Below are positions 38,834 to 46,468 of a DNA stretch of 64,000 bases, in pieces. Origin of the DNA: a virus (taxonomy: Duplodnaviria > Heunggongvirae > Uroviricota > Caudoviricetes). The stretch covers positions 69,673-133,672 of IMG/VR virus record IMGVR_UViG_3300042295_001370; one strand, 5' to 3'. Within the stretch, counting starts at the first letter, position 1. Every line of letters starts with the position of its first letter. A program made the translations under genes and the position numbers. Below the pieces are notes generated by a model. The model was not told the DNA's origin and ran no database searches. It saw nothing but the letters and a program-made list of their open reading frames with translations.

Positions 38834-39316
38834 TTAGGGATAGAGTTTGAGATGGCCTAGAATGTCTGAAACTTCGGGCTTGTTGCGATCCACAAGGCAC
38901 CAAATGCAAGTGGTCTCTTGGCGAGTCATCAGCACACGCCCATCATCCATGGTTTTGATGACAGCTGCCTTGCCATTAGCTGCAACAAGATCAGCTACCT
39001 CTTGATTTTCCACAAAAAATGGGTAGCTGGGGTCGACGACTGACCCCTTGACAGTGAGGTGGTATTCCCAACCATAAGTGCATCTCAGACCATGAAGCTG
39101 GTCCATTGTGGCACCCAGCACAATTGTGGTGTTGAAGTAGTAGGCACCTTGTGAGACACCGTCGGCAACATACTGTTGAACTAGTGGATGATCTGCAAAT
39201 AGGCTCATCATCTGGGTTCCAGCATGATGTACTTGTGCAGCCAGCTTTCCTGGGTTCATACTGGGCAGATCAGTTCGGGCCAGCACGTAGACAGCTAGAT
39301 CAGGCGTGGCTTCCAT
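38834..39316 (-). CDS. peptidyl-tRNA hydrolase, PTH2 family
   Basis: LARTDLPSMNPGKLAAQVHHAG... and the C-terminal ...ILGHLKLYP correspond to the PTH2 signatures (VRTDLxMxKGKxAAQxxHA ... GHLKLY). Start moved downstream of its promoter. Confidence 0.7.
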   Translation of the reverse strand: MEATPDLAVYVLARTDLPSMNPGKLAAQVHHAGTQMMSLFADHPLVQQYVADGVSQGAYYFNTTIVLGATMDQLHGLRCTYGWEYHLTVKGSVVDPSYPFFVENQEVADLVAANGKAAVIKTMDDGRVLMTRQETTCIWCLVDRNKPEVSDILGHLKLYP

Positions 39317-39340
39317 TTGTTGTTCTCCTTGTGTAGCTTC

Positions 39341-39368
39341 AATATACAGCACAGACAGACTGTGTCAA
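39341..39368 (-). promoter_or_regulatory. sigma70-like promoter GTTGACA-N16-TATATT with AAGGAG ribosome-binding site
   Basis: Reverse complement reads gGTTGACAcagtctgtctgtgctgTATATTgaagctacacaaggagaacaacaaATG. Confidence 0.5.
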
Positions 39369-39437
39369 CCTTTTTATCTCCGTCCATAGAGAGGGTGTTG
39401 GTACATTGTATCACACGCAACAGACTCACAGATGCCG

Positions 39438-39500
39438 TCAACTCCATGTGAGCAAACATTGCAGATAAGTTTCTTGGTTGGGAAACTCCATGCAGGACTT
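39438..39500 (-). pseudogene. 3' remnant of an LTW-family gene (...ETYLQCLLTWS*) truncated at the edge of the GC-rich island
   Basis: Reverse-strand frame reads ...WKSCMEFPNQETYLQCLLTWS-stop. This matches the family C-terminal pattern W..E....(E/D)..ahhF.LTW. The upstream part is replaced by GC-rich DNA. Confidence 0.4.
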
Positions 39501-40800
39501 CCAGCGTCATGCGCCCAGGTTCTTGGCGACCGTGGTCGCGGCAGGCTGGCTCATGGCGTGGCGGTCCTCGCTGCGGCGGCTGGGCGGATGAGGACATAAG
39601 TAGGTGAAAAATGCACTTCTGAGAACACGCACAGGCCGATGCGCCGGGATGCGGTAACTCATCCGCCGTAGCCGCGCGGATGGGCTTCGCGCCAGGCCAG
39701 GGCGGTGGCGACGATGTCATCCAGTGCTGCGAGGCGCGGCTGCCAGCCGGTTTCGCGCATGATCCGCGCCGGGCTGGCAACAAGGCGGGCGGGGTCGCCA
39801 GGGCGGCGTGGGGCGAAGCGGTGCGGCACCGGGCGGCGGCTGACGCGCTCCACGCTCTGGATCACCTCCAGCACCGAATGCCCGGCGGCGGTGCCGAGGT
39901 TGTAGGTGACGCTGGCGTGGTCCAGCCGCTCCAGCGCCGCGAGGTGGGCGGCGGCGAGGTCGGTGACATGGATGTAGTCGCGGATGCAGGTGCCGTCCGG
40001 CGTGTCGTAATCGGTGCCAAACACGGCGAGTTCGGCGCGACGGCCGAGCATGGCGTCGATGGCCAACGGGATCAGATGGGTTTCCGGCGTGTGGTCCTCG
40101 CCCAGGCGGCCCTGCGGGTCGGCGCCGGCGGCGTTGAAGTAGCGCAGGCAGGCGGAGCGCATGCCGTGGATGCGTTCGGCCCAGCCCAGCGCGCGCTCCA
40201 TCATCCATTTGCTTTCGCCGTAGGGTGAGCCGGGGTCGATCGCGGTTTCCTCGTCGATCGGCATGCGGTCTGGCGTGCCGAACAGGGCGGCGGTGGAGGA
40301 GAACACGAAGCGGGGCACGCCGTGCTTCACGCAGGCCTCCAACAGGCGCAGGCCGTTGCCGACATTGGCCGAGAGATAGCCGATCGGGTCGCGCATGGAA
40401 TCGCCCACCAGCGACAGCGCGGCGAAGTGGAACACCGCATGCCACGGCCCCTGCGCCAGCACGGACGCGATCGCATCGGGGTCCTCCAGCGCGCCGGTGA
40501 CCAGCGTGGCGCCGGGGAGCACGGCTTCGCGATGGCCGGTGCGCAGGTTGTCGAACACCACCACCTCCGCGCCTTGGTCCAGCAGGGCGGCGACGAGATG
40601 GCTGCCGACGAAGCCGGCACCTCCGGTAACGAGAAAGCGGCGTGACATGGCGGCATCCTGAAATGGCCAGCCGGCTAGCCAGCGGGGTCGCGTCCGAGAA
40701 TGACCGGCTCCTGGGTTGCGATCCAGTGCAGCAGCCCTGTGGGGTCGTATGGGTTGGGGAAGGCACGGCGCGGGCACGCCAGAGCAGGCAGCAGTTCGCA
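39490..40800. other. about 1.3-kb GC-rich (~68 % GC) island of foreign composition carrying galE
   Basis: There is an abrupt composition shift against the roughly 42 % GC background. Alternative frames here yield only Arg/Pro/Ala-rich artefact ORFs. Confidence 0.7.
39659..40648 (-). CDS. galE: UDP-glucose 4-epimerase
   Basis: MSRRFLVTGGAGFVGSHL... includes the Rossmann GxxGxxG motif and the SSTAALFG...YGESK (YxxxK) catalytic motif, with full-length collinearity to GalE (329 aa). Start set at MSRRF; the ORF track extends it to 40801. Confidence 0.85.
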   Translation of the reverse strand: MSRRFLVTGGAGFVGSHLVAALLDQGAEVVVFDNLRTGHREAVLPGATLVTGALEDPDAIASVLAQGPWHAVFHFAALSLVGDSMRDPIGYLSANVGNGLRLLEACVKHGVPRFVFSSTAALFGTPDRMPIDEETAIDPGSPYGESKWMMERALGWAERIHGMRSACLRYFNAAGADPQGRLGEDHTPETHLIPLAIDAMLGRRAELAVFGTDYDTPDGTCIRDYIHVTDLAAAHLAALERLDHASVTYNLGTAAGHSVLEVIQSVERVSRRPVPHRFAPRRPGDPARLVASPARIMRETGWQPRLAALDDIVATALAWREAHPRGYGG

Positions 40801-40953
40801 TATGATTTGTTTTTGTTCGGGAGTGTCCTGTTGGTGCATGGCGCTGGCACCCAACTCCATGTACTGTTTAATCAAACCTTGCGCCACAGGGTTGTCAGCT
40901 ACCCGATAGCCCTTGAGTGTGCCCCATTTCAAGAGAATATAGTTTTCGGTCAT
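40675..40953 (-). CDS. possible chimeric ORF: AT-rich phage-like 5' half fused to GC-rich 3' half
   Basis: The N-terminal 50 codons (MTENYILLKWGTLKGY...) have phage composition and the remainder is GC-rich. It may be the 5' part of the LTW-family gene that was disrupted by the island. Confidence 0.25.
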   Translation of the reverse strand: MTENYILLKWGTLKGYRVADNPVAQGLIKQYMELGASAMHQQDTPEQKQIICELLPALACPRRAFPNPYDPTGLLHWIATQEPVILGRDPAG

Positions 40954-40961
40954 CGTGGCCC

Positions 40962-41045
40962 CGACTCAGTTGAACTCTGTTGTTTCACCGTTCTTCACCC
41001 GTCGGAGAAGATATGACGGAGAGAGGAACTTGCAGATTTTCCTGC
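40962..41045 (-). pseudogene. diverged duplicate of the 3' end (last ~25 codons + stop) of the Rnl2-like gene
   Basis: Reverse-strand reading RKICKFLSPSYLLRRVKNGETTEFN* compares with GRKICKFISPAYLLRRVKNGEATEFN* at 41470-41545. Identity is about 80 % at the nucleotide level. Confidence 0.5.
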
Positions 41046-41059
41046 TATGCAGTCGATAC

Positions 41060-41332
41060 TCACTTGGCCCGCGTGGTAGCTTTCGTGTGAGCCCGCACTT
41101 GCTTGGTGTACGCGCTCAGGTCACGGATGAAGCAATGCCAGGGGTCAACATCAGCCATCCACATCTGATACACATCCAGGTTTTGTTCCAGCCAACCAGG
41201 CATTTTGACCAGCGCGCGGAGCACAGTATCAGCACGATCACGACTGAGATTGCTAGTGTCTAGACCCAACGCGGCAGCAGCCACATACGCGCGGCCAACG
41301 TTAGCAAACATAGGCTTGGGGAGATCGCTCAT
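41060..41332 (-). CDS. hypothetical protein
   Basis: 90-aa ORF with an upstream TTGACA-N17-TAATAT promoter. Confidence 0.45.
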   Translation of the reverse strand: MSDLPKPMFANVGRAYVAAAALGLDTSNLSRDRADTVLRALVKMPGWLEQNLDVYQMWMADVDPWHCFIRDLSAYTKQVRAHTKATTRAK

Positions 41333-41359
41333 TTGTTAGTCCTTTATGTATTATACGTC

Positions 41360-41388
41360 ATATTAGCACAGTTCCGGACATTGTCAAC
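41360..41388 (-). promoter_or_regulatory. sigma70-like promoter GTTGACA-N17-TAATAT
   Basis: Reverse complement reads gGTTGACAatgtccggaactgtgcTAATATgacg... Confidence 0.45.
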
Positions 41389-41469
41389 CAGAAAGTTTCT
41401 GTTTCTGGGATCAATATGTCTAGGGACTTGGGCATAGGCAGCAGTAGACCTCCAGTAGATCGTAGCGCA

Positions 41470-42681
41470 TCAGTTGAACTCCGTTGCCTCGCCGTTCTTC
41501 ACTCGGCGGAGCAGATACGCCGGAGAGATGAATTTGCAGATTTTCCTACCGTGCAGGGGATGCTCGGTGGGAACCAGGCTGCGCACCACCACACCTTCCC
41601 GCACATTGGTGCCACCCACCGTTGTGACACCGTCTCTCACAGCCTCAATGGCAGTTTGGTCAAAGGGGCCAGTGTAGAGGGTAGGTACACAGGGCAGGTC
41701 CTTTGCCCAGTAGGCCACGGCATCGGGACTTAGCCACTCCCGCCCGATCCGCATGTCGAACACCCGGAACGTGGGCTTAGTGGTGCCGTAGTCGAGGTCC
41801 TGCACGCCCTTGCCGAAAACTTCTCCCAGGATAGCCACCGGATGAGCACCGCCGTCCACCTTGCTCATCCTGTGGAGGAGCCCGGCGAGGTCATGGTCGG
41901 CTAGCAGTGTGCCAAGTGCCCGCACATAGAGGTTGTTGGCGTTGGCTTCGTTGTTCTTGAACACCAAACCCTGACCGCCTAGTCCCTTGCTGCTGACAGT
42001 GATGCTGCGGTAGCCTGCATGGTCGGGGAACATCTCGGGATGGTCCATGCCTGGGAAGTACTGGATGATGGTACAAGATCCATGAATTTTTTCTTGGGCC
42101 ACCACCACCTCACCAGGTTCGAAGATGTCAGGCACGCTCTCCCAACGCTGAAAATCGTAGGTAAGAGCAGCCTCAGCAACACTGGCAACTTCACCAGACA
42201 TCGCAGCGGGAATGGGCGGCTCCCACCTGGTGATGCCCAAGATTGCAGCAGCATCCTCGCCTAGCTTGACTGGATATTCAAGACTGTCTTTGCCTACTAC
42301 ATGTACATCCGTCGCCGACCCAAAATCAGCAGAAAGGCAATCGTCATCACCATATGCAATGAGCCCATACAGCACACCTTCGCTGAAAATACCACGCAGC
42401 TTGAGTGGCTTCACACGGTTGCCATCACTGCCTGCCAGCACACCCTTACCAGCGTCTTCGTTCCAAAATCCCATGTCCTTGAGCAGCCATTCAGGCAGCA
42501 CCGAGGCTGAGGGAATGTATACGACCCAGTCACCGGGCTTGTAGCGCGGGCTACCATCCTCTAGTTTGTTTGCGATGCAGAGATAACCGAGGCCTTCAAG
42601 GCGCACAAGAGAAAGGCGATCCGCATTCGGATGTTCTTCGACTGCGGCCACACGCACCACAGGGCAACTGAACTTGCTCAT
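41470..42681 (-). CDS. RNA ligase, Rnl2-like nucleotidyltransferase with N-terminal tRNA-binding (Myf/EMAP-like OB) domain
   Basis: N-terminus VVRVAAVEEHPNADRLSLVRLEGLGY matches the 'HPNADKL' tRNA-binding OB-fold signature. Motif I 'VVAQEKIHGSCTI' matches T4 Rnl2 'EKIHGTN'. Confidence 0.6.
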   Translation of the reverse strand: MSKFSCPVVRVAAVEEHPNADRLSLVRLEGLGYLCIANKLEDGSPRYKPGDWVVYIPSASVLPEWLLKDMGFWNEDAGKGVLAGSDGNRVKPLKLRGIFSEGVLYGLIAYGDDDCLSADFGSATDVHVVGKDSLEYPVKLGEDAAAILGITRWEPPIPAAMSGEVASVAEAALTYDFQRWESVPDIFEPGEVVVAQEKIHGSCTIIQYFPGMDHPEMFPDHAGYRSITVSSKGLGGQGLVFKNNEANANNLYVRALGTLLADHDLAGLLHRMSKVDGGAHPVAILGEVFGKGVQDLDYGTTKPTFRVFDMRIGREWLSPDAVAYWAKDLPCVPTLYTGPFDQTAIEAVRDGVTTVGGTNVREGVVVRSLVPTEHPLHGRKICKFISPAYLLRRVKNGEATEFN

Positions 42682-42712
42682 CTCGTCCTCACAAAAACTG
42701 TCTTATCAACGC

Positions 42713-42741
42713 ACATTAGACTAGGTGTAGCTATGTGTCAA
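42713..42741 (-). promoter_or_regulatory. sigma70-like promoter GTTGACA-N17-TAATGT
   Basis: Reverse complement reads gGTTGACAcatagctacacctagtcTAATGT...gtgaggacgagATG. Confidence 0.4.
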
Positions 42742-42750
42742 CCAAAAACT

Positions 42751-43047
42751 TTATGCCATTTCCTCAACCACCCACTCATCCACCACCACAGCCCTCACAC
42801 AGTAATGTGTTCCAGGAGCCATGTCTGTCACAGAATTGAACAAGTGAGTGTAGTATCTTTGGCCAATTTGCTTGATGGTAGGCAGTTTGAGATAGGTCTT
42901 ACCAGTTTTGCTGAGATTGCTCTTTACTGCAATCGTGCCGCTGCCATAATAGCTGGGTAGGTCTGCGAGCTTGACTCGCACTTCCCTGCTGGGGCAAAAA
43001 TACATGCTAGTAGGCACATGCAGGATCCGATAAACAGCAGCCATCAA
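42751..43047 (-). CDS. hypothetical protein
   Basis: 98-aa ORF. Confidence 0.3.
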   Translation of the reverse strand: MMAAVYRILHVPTSMYFCPSREVRVKLADLPSYYGSGTIAVKSNLSKTGKTYLKLPTIKQIGQRYYTHLFNSVTDMAPGTHYCVRAVVVDEWVVEEMA

Positions 43048-43631
43048 ACCAGGCCCATTTCCTGTCGGATGAAGCGGAGCAGGCCAGCCATGCTGTCCAC
43101 ATTGCCGTTAGCACCAATCACTGCCCGCAGTGCCCGGCTCCGAACGTCTCGAGAGATGTTCATCTGCAGGCTTGTGTTGATCCAGTCAATCTTCTCGTTC
43201 ACCTTGGCCATTGTCATCCGGTTGGGGTTGAACTTGGCGTTCCAGTTGCTGCCCATGCCATCACTGCTGGGATCGCGCTTGCTGTTCACATTGCGCACAC
43301 CAACGTTTGTAAGACCCTCCTGGATCAGCTGATCCGCCACCTGTTCCTTGTGTTCAGCAGCACGGATCATGTTGGGAAACTCGCCCTCCACGTCCTGTGT
43401 TTCCCAACCCTCATATTGGGTGTTGACAAAAGCCAGCATCAGCCCACCAGTGAGAACGCGATCGTTCTTGTAGTTGCCTACCAAGCCCTGTTCATATGCA
43501 TAACGGCTCTTGCCTGCAATACCCTGCCAAGTGGTGTTAGCAGCCTTGCTGTCAACATTGTGAATGCTCACATGAAACAACCGCTTGGCGGCGTGCTTGT
43601 GAACAACGATCTTCTGAGGCTTGTTGGTCAT
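43044..43631 (-). CDS. hypothetical protein
   Basis: 195-aa ORF with a TTGACA-N16-TATGTT promoter at 43651-43684. Confidence 0.5.
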   Translation of the reverse strand: MTNKPQKIVVHKHAAKRLFHVSIHNVDSKAANTTWQGIAGKSRYAYEQGLVGNYKNDRVLTGGLMLAFVNTQYEGWETQDVEGEFPNMIRAAEHKEQVADQLIQEGLTNVGVRNVNSKRDPSSDGMGSNWNAKFNPNRMTMAKVNEKIDWINTSLQMNISRDVRSRALRAVIGANGNVDSMAGLLRFIRQEMGLV

Positions 43632-43695
43632 GTCATGTACTCCATTTACCAGCGCAACATAGCAGGATATTGAGTGTTGTCAACCAAAGATGTGC

Positions 43696-44067
43696 CTAAA
43701 AGGGCGTAATTGTGCTGGCAAAAGCCTCCACAACGTCCTTGGCCTCTTTCAGGCCCAGAGCCGTTTCAGTTCGCAGCTCTTTGATGGCATTGATCTTCAT
43801 GCCAGCACGAACATAGTCTTCCACAGACTTGCTGATGGTGACCCCATACATGGTGGGACGTTCAGTATTTGTGAGGCGTCGCATAGCTTCCCGACTGGTT
43901 TCGTCCAGGATCAAGATGTCGCGTGCATCTCGTGACAGTGCGTAGATGTCGTGTGCCCGAGCTTGCCCTTCTCGAGCACCTTCGTGGCTTAGGTGGATGA
44001 TCTCGTTCACCAGGTGCACTAGGCGCTTGAAGTCATTGTCAGAAAGGTTTCCGAGATCATCGGTCAT
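43696..44067 (-). CDS. protein with ribosomal protein bL12 (L7/L12) C-terminal-domain-like segment
   Basis: C-terminal '[25 protein letters not shown]' compares with E. coli bL12 '[25 protein letters not shown]'. Length is 123 aa against 121 aa for bL12. The last ~25 residues of a canonical CTD are absent. Confidence 0.5.
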   Translation of the reverse strand: [123 protein letters not shown]

Positions 44068-44078
44068 AACCGGTTTTC

Positions 44079-44318
44079 CTATTTCTCAAACACGTGAAGA
44101 CGAGTGCTGCCAAACGAGGTCTTTACCTTGCGCACACGGTAGCCATGCCGCGCAAGGATCATGCTGGCCTCGCTGTAGAGGCGTTCATCCCACCCCCATA
44201 CCTTGATGCTGCGACCATTTTGAATGCGGTCGCTGAACAGGATTCGAGGTGTACCCAGCAGGGTGATGAGGCTGCGCACAAGACGGGCGGGAGTGGGTTT
44301 GGGTTTGTTGTTCATGTG
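44079..44318 (-). CDS. small basic hypothetical protein
   Basis: Trimmed to MNNKPKPTP because a GTTGACA-N17-TACTTT element lies directly upstream. Confidence 0.3.
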   Translation of the reverse strand, partial: HMNNKPKPTPARLVRSLITLLGTPRILFSDRIQNGRSIKVWGWDERLYSEASMILARHGYRVRKVKTSFGSTRLHVFEK

Positions 44319-44358
44319 CCTAAAGTAGCAGGGGGTTACGGGGTTGTCAACAGTGGTT

Positions 44359-44664
44359 TTAGCGTTTCCAGCCCAGTTCTTCACCCTTGCGATATGCGCC
44401 CATGATCCAACCCAGTGCCTCAGGATATTCCTGCACATCGTCAAGGATAATGTCAGTAATGGCATCATCCAGTTCAGGATCCGGATCCTGCTGGACCCCC
44501 ATAAGTCGTTCAAGAGCCTCTTCGCGCTGAGCAGCAATGATGCTAGCCTCCAAGAGTGCTTGCATGATCCGAGCCATTTCTGGGTCATCTTTCCATTCCG
44601 GTGGAAAATTCCCACCAATAATGGTCCACTTACCAAATGGGTTTGGTTGGTCTTTGGGTTCCAC
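44359..44664 (-). CDS. acidic hypothetical protein
   Basis: 101-aa Asp/Glu-rich ORF. Confidence 0.4.
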   Translation of the reverse strand: MEPKDQPNPFGKWTIIGGNFPPEWKDDPEMARIMQALLEASIIAAQREEALERLMGVQQDPDPELDDAITDIILDDVQEYPEALGWIMGAYRKGEELGWKR

Positions 44665-44724
44665 AGCGTTGTTCCTCTATATGCCCAACAGTTGTAACAG
44701 GGCGTTTCACTAATGCAAGATTTT

Positions 44725-45783
44725 TTAGAGAGTTTTCAGGATAAGATGGTTGCTGTTTAGTTTGCCAGAGAGTGCCCACTTTTTGCCCTTGAGGCTGGTC
44801 ATCAACACTTCTGCACGTCGAACTGTGGTAATGCTGGTAAATCGTGGCAGCCAACTGTCGGGCTCACGCAAAGCTCGCCCTTGACTCAAGGCAGGGTCAA
44901 AATTGGTGATGCGAGCCCCTTGCACACTGAGCTTTTGCTCTCCACTGGCTCGATACACTTCCACGTGATGAGTTTTGGTGTTGTAGACTACGGCCAGTTC
45001 AGCACCAACCACATTAGTGGGATCCACTGACGTGATACCCAAATCAGTGTCTGTTGACTTCACTTTGATACGAGTGGCAGCAGCTTCTCCTTGGCGATCT
45101 CTAGTGTCAACAGTGCTGCTCATCAACCTAGCCCGTGCAGTTCGCTTGCCTTGTTTGATGCTGCCACGATTGCTGTTAAGTAGTGTGAGGGTTTCAACCA
45201 CTGTTCGTAACACAGGCACCCAATTGCTGACAGTGGGGTCACTTTGGGCTTCATGCAAACAGTCTTTGTAATGAGTCAATAACTGACGATGAACTCCGCT
45301 GTTGCTGGGTGCATACGCTGATACAATGTCTCGCACACCTGCTGCCACCTCACGTATTGTTCGAGTGCCTTGTAACGTTTGTGTTTTGAGGTTGTCAATT
45401 CGACTGTAACAGTTAACATACTGATCCCGCTGCCGTGTTTGGCTAGTAATGGGCAAATTTTGCCATGTGGGAGTAGCTCGCTCAGTTTGCTCTGCCAGGC
45501 GGTCCAGCAGCAACACCACTCGGGTGAGACTGCTTGCGTTCAACTCAGCACCATGGTTCAAACAAAATGCAATCTTGCCTTCGAGGCCAACAACACTGCT
45601 GCTCAAATCCAGCACACTGTTTTCTTTGCCTAAGGAAGCTGCATAAGTGGCCAGCTGCTTCTTCAACTCGCGTTGGTCCAGTTCAACGTTGATTTGATTC
45701 AATAAATCAGCGTATTTTGCTTCAAAATCTGCATCAGTGCAACGCAAATTGGCCGCCAGTAGTTTGAGAGTTTCCATTGTCAT
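44725..45783 (-). CDS. hypothetical protein (352 aa)
   Basis: Start set at MTMETL, downstream of a TTGACA...TAAATT promoter and a GGAG ribosome-binding site. Confidence 0.5.
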   Translation of the reverse strand: MTMETLKLLAANLRCTDADFEAKYADLLNQINVELDQRELKKQLATYAASLGKENSVLDLSSSVVGLEGKIAFCLNHGAELNASSLTRVVLLLDRLAEQTERATPTWQNLPITSQTRQRDQYVNCYSRIDNLKTQTLQGTRTIREVAAGVRDIVSAYAPSNSGVHRQLLTHYKDCLHEAQSDPTVSNWVPVLRTVVETLTLLNSNRGSIKQGKRTARARLMSSTVDTRDRQGEAAATRIKVKSTDTDLGITSVDPTNVVGAELAVVYNTKTHHVEVYRASGEQKLSVQGARITNFDPALSQGRALREPDSWLPRFTSITTVRRAEVLMTSLKGKKWALSGKLNSNHLILKTL

Positions 45784-45869
45784 ACTCCAATTTATGCAGG
45801 CCAATTTGGTTTGTGTCAACTGACGGTCAGCAGCCAAAACAGGTAGCTATCGCTGCTGTCAAATTTTGT

Positions 45870-46067
45870 TCATGTCCAAATCAACGCAAACTCAGCAGCT
45901 TGCTCCTCTGAAGGAAACAACCAGCGACCTTGCCCAATATACATCCATTTGATGGGTTGGTCACCAAAGTTGTTGTTGCACCAGATGCTGATCTTCAACA
46001 GATTGTGAACTGAGTTGATGGGCAAGGTAACTTCATAAGGCAAGTGGCTCCACGGTGTAGGGCCCAT
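45870..46067 (-). CDS. LTW-family small protein (paralog)
   Basis: IWCNNNFGD ... EEQAAEFALIWT. Confidence 0.45.
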   Translation of the reverse strand: MGPTPWSHLPYEVTLPINSVHNLLKISIWCNNNFGDQPIKWMYIGQGRWLFPSEEQAAEFALIWT

Positions 46068-46255
46068 TTATAGCCAACTTAATGCGAACACAGCCTCATC
46101 TTCTTGGGAGATAAAAAACAAGTTCAACCTCAACACCCAAATAGACTTTATCAACGTTATAGGTTGTACATACCCACTGTTTGAAGCTCGCCCAATTATA
46201 ATCATCTATGTGAGATTTTGTTTGGTAATAGGCTATAATTTTGTCCCACGTTGGT

Positions 46256-46468
46256 TCACTTATCTTCATTGGCAGCGACATCCCAAACCAAGGTGAAAAG
46301 AACAACATCCGCTTGATACCAAAAACTCCATTTGAGATAGCATTCTTCCTCACATTGCCCAAACTGGGGGTGAACCATCCACCCAGTGTAGCCAAAACTT
46401 TGGTTGCACCAGCGTGACATTTCCTGACGTCTGGGCTCATCCAACGTGGTTGCTGCCCAATACTTCAT
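46256..46468 (-). CDS. LTW-family small protein (paralog)
   Basis: RWCNQSFGY ... VVLFTLVWDV. Start trimmed so that it abuts the upstream paralog. Confidence 0.4.
   Translation of the reverse strand: MKYWAATTLDEPRRQEMSRWCNQSFGYTGWMVHPQFGQCEEECYLKWSFWYQADVVLFTLVWDVAANEDK

Noticed and set aside
39295-40850. Long overlapping ORFs in alternative frames of the GC-rich island (39295..39783, 39717..40850, 40327..40656, several plus-strand ORFs)
   Set aside because: High GC content suppresses stop codons in every frame. The translations are Arg/Pro/Ala-rich with no domain signatures, while the GalE frame shows full-length collinear homology. These are composition artefacts.
44079-44636. 185-aa ORF-track ORF overlapping the 101-aa acidic ORF 44359..44664 in another frame
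   Set aside because: A GTTGACA-N17-TACTTT promoter-like element at 44318-44350 lies inside it, and its N-terminal 100 residues are of odd composition. Splitting it into 44359..44664 and 44079..44318 (start MNNKPKP) gives two compact genes with proper signals.
46096-46440. 114-aa minus-strand ORF overlapping the LTW-family paralog 46256..46468
   Set aside because: It overlaps a family member confirmed by homology by about 185 nt in a different frame. At most a short 3' portion (46096-46266) could be an independent gene, and it has no supporting signals.
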